Shown here: piece by piece, positions 59,801 to 64,000 of the stretch | Numbering within the stretch: position 1 is the first letter of the stretch | How the letters are laid out: the number at the start of each line of letters is the position of its first letter | IMG/VR virus record: IMGVR_UViG_3300037067_011569 | Coordinates: 26,362-90,361 of that record | Length of the DNA stretch: 64,000 bases | Reading direction: 5' to 3' (one strand) | Source of the DNA: a virus | Taxonomy: Duplodnaviria > Caudoviricetes | The notes under the pieces: model-generated | Told to the model about the DNA's origin: nothing | What the model saw: only the letters and a program-made list of their open reading frames with translations | Database searches by the model: none | Program-made: the position numbers and the translations under genes

Positions 59801-60697
59801 ACAAAAAAAATCCCTTCAAAAGTTTGGGAAATGGAACCACAAGATCAAATTGATTTTTTAAATGGTTTGTGGTTATCAGATGGTTCAAGATCAGATAAAT
59901 CTTTACATATGTCAAATCTTAATTTACTGAAGGATATTCAAATATTGTCTTATGGTTTAGGATATGATTCCTATTTTGTAAAAACAAAAGCAGAAGCATA
60001 TAAATTGGATTTTCGTCAAGTAGAAAGAGATGGCTATAAATACAATGGTAGAAGTAACAGAATATATCCAGTGGAAGCAGTAAATCAATTTATGAAAGGA
60101 AAAATATATAGAACATATGGAAATAGAAGTAATGAACAAATTGCAAATGCAAGAGCATTGCGTTCAAAAGGGAACATCAGTCAAACAACTGCCGAAAGAA
60201 TAATAGAAGAAATAAATCCTGATTATGAAATTTACAGATATGATAAAATTAAATATATAGATATTCTGAATGAAGCTGAAGAAACATTTACCATGTCTGT
60301 AGATGATGAACTGCACCAATTTGTAGCAGACGGTGTTATACACCAAAACACGGCTTCACATTTGCTTGCCAAGACAATAACAGAAAGTAACCTTATATTC
60401 AAACGTAACAAAACTGTATCTGAATTGATTCTCCAAATACATGATGAAATGATTTGTAACTTGCATCCACCTGAATACAAGTATGTAAGAAGAACTCTTG
60501 ACTATGTTGGGACACAAAAGATAAGGGAGGACTATGACTGGATTAATGTTCCATTAACTTTAGAGTTCGAAATGTGTTCTGTTGACTCTCCTTGGTACTA
60601 CAAAACAGAAATTGATGAAAATGGTGTTTGTGTAAAGAAAGGGAACCCACTTTATCAGAAGATGTTAGTTGGACAAAAGTATGAAATAGGAGGATAA
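56855..60697 (+). CDS. polA: Family A DNA polymerase with N-terminal UDG-like domain, 3'-5' exonuclease and intein
   Basis: UDG4-like C..C, AECPG, NSVNCR, FHP; exonuclease DYETSG, HGLKFE, YGNYD; SPNLQN, DFKGIE, AK...F..FYG, NTPIQG, QIHDE. Confidence 0.93.
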   Translation: MLGFFSIKEVMDASATSAPTEPNCSECGLFRYVKSPKMPYSGEGRKKIVIIAECPGEIEDNYNRQLVGTTGDWLYHKLQSYGYDLYKDFWLINSVNCRCIDEKGSNRNPTPLEVNHCRPYVESVLNQLQPKAILMFGEATCRSFFSSYFGNNIQISQWESLAIPSRKHNAWLLPLFHPQYAIRNQKDENLQAYFDISLRNALDKTEEPFPVFDDYTTKIKNLYNIDDICSLLQNVIDTQPPLLFHDYETSGIKPHKPGHKIASMSFALTPDIAYSFPYQYRHYYTKEQQIRIKSLWRKILSNPKIGKAAHGLKFEYSWGKNIFGVEMQGRQWCTMDAAHIEDGRFKYTGLKKQAFIHFGIPPYNNHIEPYLESTDSNGFNRVDEIDLEELLTYGNYDSLLGRRLIEVQKRTLDDHHEVGCGSLKEAREFFLEVGKCYMEMSERGFPSDIEYYKKEKQRIQTRIAELKEEIRNSEEAKSFFRAMGREVKIGKQLSDDDLRVILFDIMKLPPHKLTDSGNKVSVDSDSLERIDLPFVTSVVDLKHNVKVDSNYINGFIRETALGAIHCSINLHIPRSLRSSVDSPNLQNVPTREEMAKKSTRSGMFPSKGRQLLFADFKGIEVCVAAMYSGDKNLIRYITDPTSDMHKDKASELWVLDHDRVSKDIRFYAKNKWVFAQFYGDWYGACAEQLWFFCLHLKTTDGVKLEDHLINIGMISRNDHPSKQLESFKQHCKTVEHKMWNEQFGAMKEWQINLGKEYRKKGYVTLKHGFRRGGLQSMNQIGNTPIQGCLQGGVLVQTNKGWVPIKKLVDVETEVWTGFNWAKAIGINRGESKLAIIELESGLEIHCDVRHRLKNVRNEWVDFNKLCVGDYVALPRISFERIESRKEITWPFVLGFIIGDGCFCSRYNKGGTKAQYYLSIYGDEVKKEVLEQMSSFLNSEGFNSKIRTIEEVGYNDKYSIDIYQNKIFDKLTTFGMEVDLKAKTKKIPSKVWEMEPQDQIDFLNGLWLSDGSRSDKSLHMSNLNLLKDIQILSYGLGYDSYFVKTKAEAYKLDFRQVERDGYKYNGRSNRIYPVEAVNQFMKGKIYRTYGNRSNEQIANARALRSKGNISQTTAERIIEEINPDYEIYRYDKIKYIDILNEAEETFTMSVDDELHQFVADGVIHQNTASHLLAKTITESNLIFKRNKTVSELILQIHDEMICNLHPPEYKYVRRTLDYVGTQKIREDYDWINVPLTLEFEMCSVDSPWYYKTEIDENGVCVKKGNPLYQKMLVGQKYEIGG
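59216..60349 (+). mobile_element. Intein with LAGLIDADG endonuclease (378 aa)
   Basis: Inserted at NTPIQG|C...HQN|T; LGFIIGDG and FLNGLWLSDG blocks. Confidence 0.92.
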
Positions 60698-61071
60698 CAT
60701 GAATTTCTCTGATGCAATGAAGGAAGTAGTACACAACAGAAAGAAAATGCGTAGAAGGTATTGGGAAAATAAAGATTTTTATGTGGCAATTAACTCTAAA
60801 AGAATAACAACACCACCATACGTTTCTTGTTATTCAAAAGGTGAGTTAGTAACAAAAGATAGAACATTTTATCTTGAGGATTATATTGCTGATGATTGGG
60901 AAATATATGAAGAAAAATGTGATTGTGGTCCTTTTTTATTACATTTACCTTTGTTTAAAGAAAGACTACACTTCCCAAAAGAACCATATTTTTTAGAATG
61001 CACAAAATGTGGTAAGAAAACACCATTTAAAGAAATAAACTTTTCTTTCTTTTCCCCTGAGGAGATGCCAA

Positions 61072-62085
61072 ATGGCTGATCTAGCAACAGCATATAGACC
61101 AAGAGATTTTGATGAAGTGATTGGCAATAAGAATACAGTTGAAGCATTGAAACTTATCTTAGAAAGACCAAAAGATAAAGTACCAAAATGCATACTGTTA
61201 TCTGGACCTAAAGGATGTGGCAAAACCACACTTGCAAGAATCATTGCAAAACATCTTGGTGCTTACGATGATGAACAAGATTACAACCCAGACTTCAGAG
61301 AATATAATATAGGAGATGCAAGAGGGATTGACAACGCAAGAACCATTACAAGTGAATATCTTTATGCTCCACAATCTGGTTCAGCTATAGTATACATGCT
61401 GGACGAAATCCATAGAGGGACCAGAGATTTTATGGAGTGTTTATTGAAGCCAATGGAAGAACCCCCGTCACATGTTTTCTTTATTCTTGCAACTACTGAA
61501 CCAGATAAGTTACCAGAAACAATACGATCTCGATGCACACCATTTACAGTTGAAACTGTTTCTGGTGATGATATTATTGATGTTCTTATCCCAATTCTCT
61601 CTGAAGAGATTTCATGGTCAAATGATCCAAACTTCTTTCCCGATACTGATTTTATACTCAAAAATTTTCCAAGTAGTATATTCAATGCAATAATCAAACA
61701 TTGTGAAGGATCACCTAGGAATGCTATAAAATTGCTTGATAAAGTGATAGATATAGAAGATGAAAATCAAGCAATTGCATCTATAGAATCTACATTCTTA
61801 GGTGAAGCTTCAGTAAAAGATGTTTGTGACCTATTGCTTTCTAACAAAGGCAAAGAAGATAAATGGAAAGCAATGATAATTGTGTTGAATAAGATTAAAG
61901 ATACAAGAGGACAGTCAGATCCAGAGAAGATAAGAAGAGGTGTAATTACTTGGCTTACAAAAGTAATTCTTAACAGTCCTGATCATGCAAGGATTGCTAT
62001 AATGAGTAAATGTTTTTTTAATAACTACTACGATACAGGATATGCAGGACTTATTGTGTCTTGTTATACTGCGTGTCAGGTATAG
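61072..62085 (+). CDS. Clamp loader subunit (DnaX gamma/tau-like)
   Basis: YRPRDFDEVIG, GPKGCGKTT, LDEIH, EEPP, ATTE, TIRSRC, GSPR. Confidence 0.9.
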   Translation: MADLATAYRPRDFDEVIGNKNTVEALKLILERPKDKVPKCILLSGPKGCGKTTLARIIAKHLGAYDDEQDYNPDFREYNIGDARGIDNARTITSEYLYAPQSGSAIVYMLDEIHRGTRDFMECLLKPMEEPPSHVFFILATTEPDKLPETIRSRCTPFTVETVSGDDIIDVLIPILSEEISWSNDPNFFPDTDFILKNFPSSIFNAIIKHCEGSPRNAIKLLDKVIDIEDENQAIASIESTFLGEASVKDVCDLLLSNKGKEDKWKAMIIVLNKIKDTRGQSDPEKIRRGVITWLTKVILNSPDHARIAIMSKCFFNNYYDTGYAGLIVSCYTACQV

Positions 62086-62154
62086 ATATACTTTTTCAGC
62101 AAAAAATTCATGTGAATATGCTATACTTATCATAAGAAAGGAGATTAAATAACA

Positions 62155-62658
62155 ATGGCTGAGAATGAATATTACAATGATTTGTATGTAGATCCAGACA
62201 ACTTGTTTAAAGAATGGAATCGTAATGGACATCTTGCAATGAAGTGGGCAGAGAAATACGGTGAAGCAGCAAGAGAATTGAAACTTGCTGAACAAGATTA
62301 CAAAATTACTAAGGCTACAATAGAAGCAGAAGTAAGAGAAAATCCAGCAGATTTTGGTCTTCCTGATAAAATAACTGAAAGCATGGTAGTAATGGCAGTT
62401 AGGACTGACGCTAGATACAAAGAAGCTTCAGAGAAATGGGCAGAAGCAATAAAGAACTCTTCGATACTGTTTGAAGCAAAAGACAATATGAAGTTCCAAA
62501 GAAAAGCAACTTGCCAGTGGCTAACATCTATGAAATTATTTAGATGTGACGAATTTAACCAAGTGCCAAAAGAAGTGAGGGGTGTATTCGATCAGCAACA
62601 ATCAGGAGAAGATTTAGATGCGCACATGGAGAACTATCAAAAACAAAATTTCGTATAG
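62155..62658 (+). CDS. Helical protein, possibly UvsY-like recombination mediator
   Basis: All-helical, KITESMV...DARY; upstream of SSB. Confidence 0.45.
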   Translation: MAENEYYNDLYVDPDNLFKEWNRNGHLAMKWAEKYGEAARELKLAEQDYKITKATIEAEVRENPADFGLPDKITESMVVMAVRTDARYKEASEKWAEAIKNSSILFEAKDNMKFQRKATCQWLTSMKLFRCDEFNQVPKEVRGVFDQQQSGEDLDAHMENYQKQNFV

Positions 62659-62784
62659 TGTATTTTGGGTGGGGTTGTGTATCATAACAATACCTGCCCT
62701 AATCATAAAGTTCTGCACAAAAGTAATATGCAGAACTATGATGGAAGAGAAAGAATCATTTGAAAAAGACAAAAGGAGAGAAGA

Positions 62785-63909
62785 ATGTCATACGACGCAA
62801 CACAAGACGAAATCCTCCAGCAATTAGTTCAAGCTCAGGCAGAATCATTTGAGAGACTTGAAAAAGGGGGAAACTTTAAGTGGCAAGGATTGTTTGTTGA
62901 TCCTATGCCTACGGGATCACCGGAATGGTTCAAGACACCCGAAGGTAGATATTTGATTGATGTTATCCCTTTCATTGTTCAAACAGATATGCACTGCAAT
63001 AAAGAAAAAGGCAAATGGGCATATGTTCTTGACTTTTACGAGCATCAAAAGATTGGGCCTCTTGAAAAGAGAAGGTTTTGTTACCTGAAAAGTAAAGGCC
63101 AACGGTGTGCTATTTGTGAGGACATTGATAGAGAGAAGTTGAAACAAAATCCAAACAAAGCTTTGATAGATGCTTACCGACCAAAGAGAAGGACTTTGTA
63201 TAACATCTGGTCCCATTTACCTACAGAAGATGAAGCAAAAGGCATAAAGTTGTGGGATTGCTCTTACTTTATCTTTGAAAAAGAGGTAACAGAAAGAGCA
63301 GAGATTCCACTTGGTGGTGGGTTTAGGGTATGGATGAGCCCGGATATTCAACATGGTCGTAGGGTGTACTTCGAAAGAAAAGGCAAAACCCAAACGAATA
63401 CTGAATACATTAAACATGAATTTATGGAAAGAAGAGCACCTATTCCACCTGAAATCATGCAAAGAGCAGTATCACTTGAAACTGTTATACACTATCCCAC
63501 TTACGAAGAAGTTCTTGCAGATTGGAAGCAAGTTCCCATTGAAGGCGCTAATGCTGCAAACCCAACTACAATTTACCCAACTACTGCACAACCTTCTTAT
63601 CAACCAGTACAGCAACAAACTCAGCAACAAGTTCCTGCTGAAAATGCTTTCGTACAACCCCAACAGACACAATCAGTAAAAAGTTGTGAGCTTGGTGGGT
63701 TATTTGGTGTGGATTGTGACAATACTCCTTATTGTAAAACTTGTAAGCAATGGGATGAATGTTCTGCTGAGAAGTTGAGTAAAGCAGTAGAGCAAAAAAT
63801 GCCTGCACCAACTCAGCAAACACAACCTGCACAACAAGTTCAGGAACAGGTGACACAAGTAACTGAAACTTCAAGCTCTACCCCGATAGCTAGACGAAGG
63901 AGAAAGTAA
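62785..63909 (+). CDS. Single-stranded DNA-binding protein (gp32-like)
   Basis: C...K..RCAICE, RRTLYNI, GIKLW; Q-rich linker; second Cys cluster; basic C-terminus. Confidence 0.65.
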   Translation: MSYDATQDEILQQLVQAQAESFERLEKGGNFKWQGLFVDPMPTGSPEWFKTPEGRYLIDVIPFIVQTDMHCNKEKGKWAYVLDFYEHQKIGPLEKRRFCYLKSKGQRCAICEDIDREKLKQNPNKALIDAYRPKRRTLYNIWSHLPTEDEAKGIKLWDCSYFIFEKEVTERAEIPLGGGFRVWMSPDIQHGRRVYFERKGKTQTNTEYIKHEFMERRAPIPPEIMQRAVSLETVIHYPTYEEVLADWKQVPIEGANAANPTTIYPTTAQPSYQPVQQQTQQQVPAENAFVQPQQTQSVKSCELGGLFGVDCDNTPYCKTCKQWDECSAEKLSKAVEQKMPAPTQQTQPAQQVQEQVTQVTETSSSTPIARRRRK

Positions 63910-64000
63910 ATGGATGAATCTATTGAAGCAAAGTCAGTTTCTTTTGTTTCACCGACTACAGTTAGTTGTAAAGCAAATGATTGTAAGTTTCATGAAAATG

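Noticed and set aside
1-64000. tRNA, rRNA genes or stop-codon recoding
   Set aside because: No cloverleaf or T-loop motif recognised by eye; conserved genes are intact in the standard code

Overview
The window is 64 kb of a large lytic tailed dsDNA phage (AT-rich, standard genetic code). Positions 1-23.5 kb (minus strand) are a late operon: terminase, portal, S49 protease/scaffold, decoration protein, major capsid, neck and tail tube. A ~10.6 kb block of glycosyltransferases, methyltransferases, a cupin, a B12 radical SAM enzyme and lysis-like genes sits between the head and tail genes. Positions 25.1-28.0 kb are largely non-coding. Positions 28-39 kb (plus strand) are small early-type genes separated by a repeated hairpin/leader cassette. 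Positions 39.5-64 kb hold replication genes (SF2 helicase, primase, DnaB, beta-clamp, DnaX, UDG-fused family A polymerase with an intein, SSB) and a 7-deazaguanine DNA-modification cluster (queD, queE, gat-queC, folE, a catalytically degenerate queF, dpdA). The most striking feature is a sharply bounded ~3.1 kb zone (26041-29162) almost free of GG and CC dinucleotides. The depletion extends into protein sequences (Gly/Pro/Trp lost), Shine-Dalgarno sites and a palindrome, and the zone lies where a genome end or first-expressed region would be expected. Other candidates are a P-I-x-R-[RK] short linear motif shared by unrelated proteins, a possibly split DpdA, a conserved intergenic RNA hairpin family and a putative virion-glycosylation system. 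All family assignments come from motif recognition by eye; no database searches were run.
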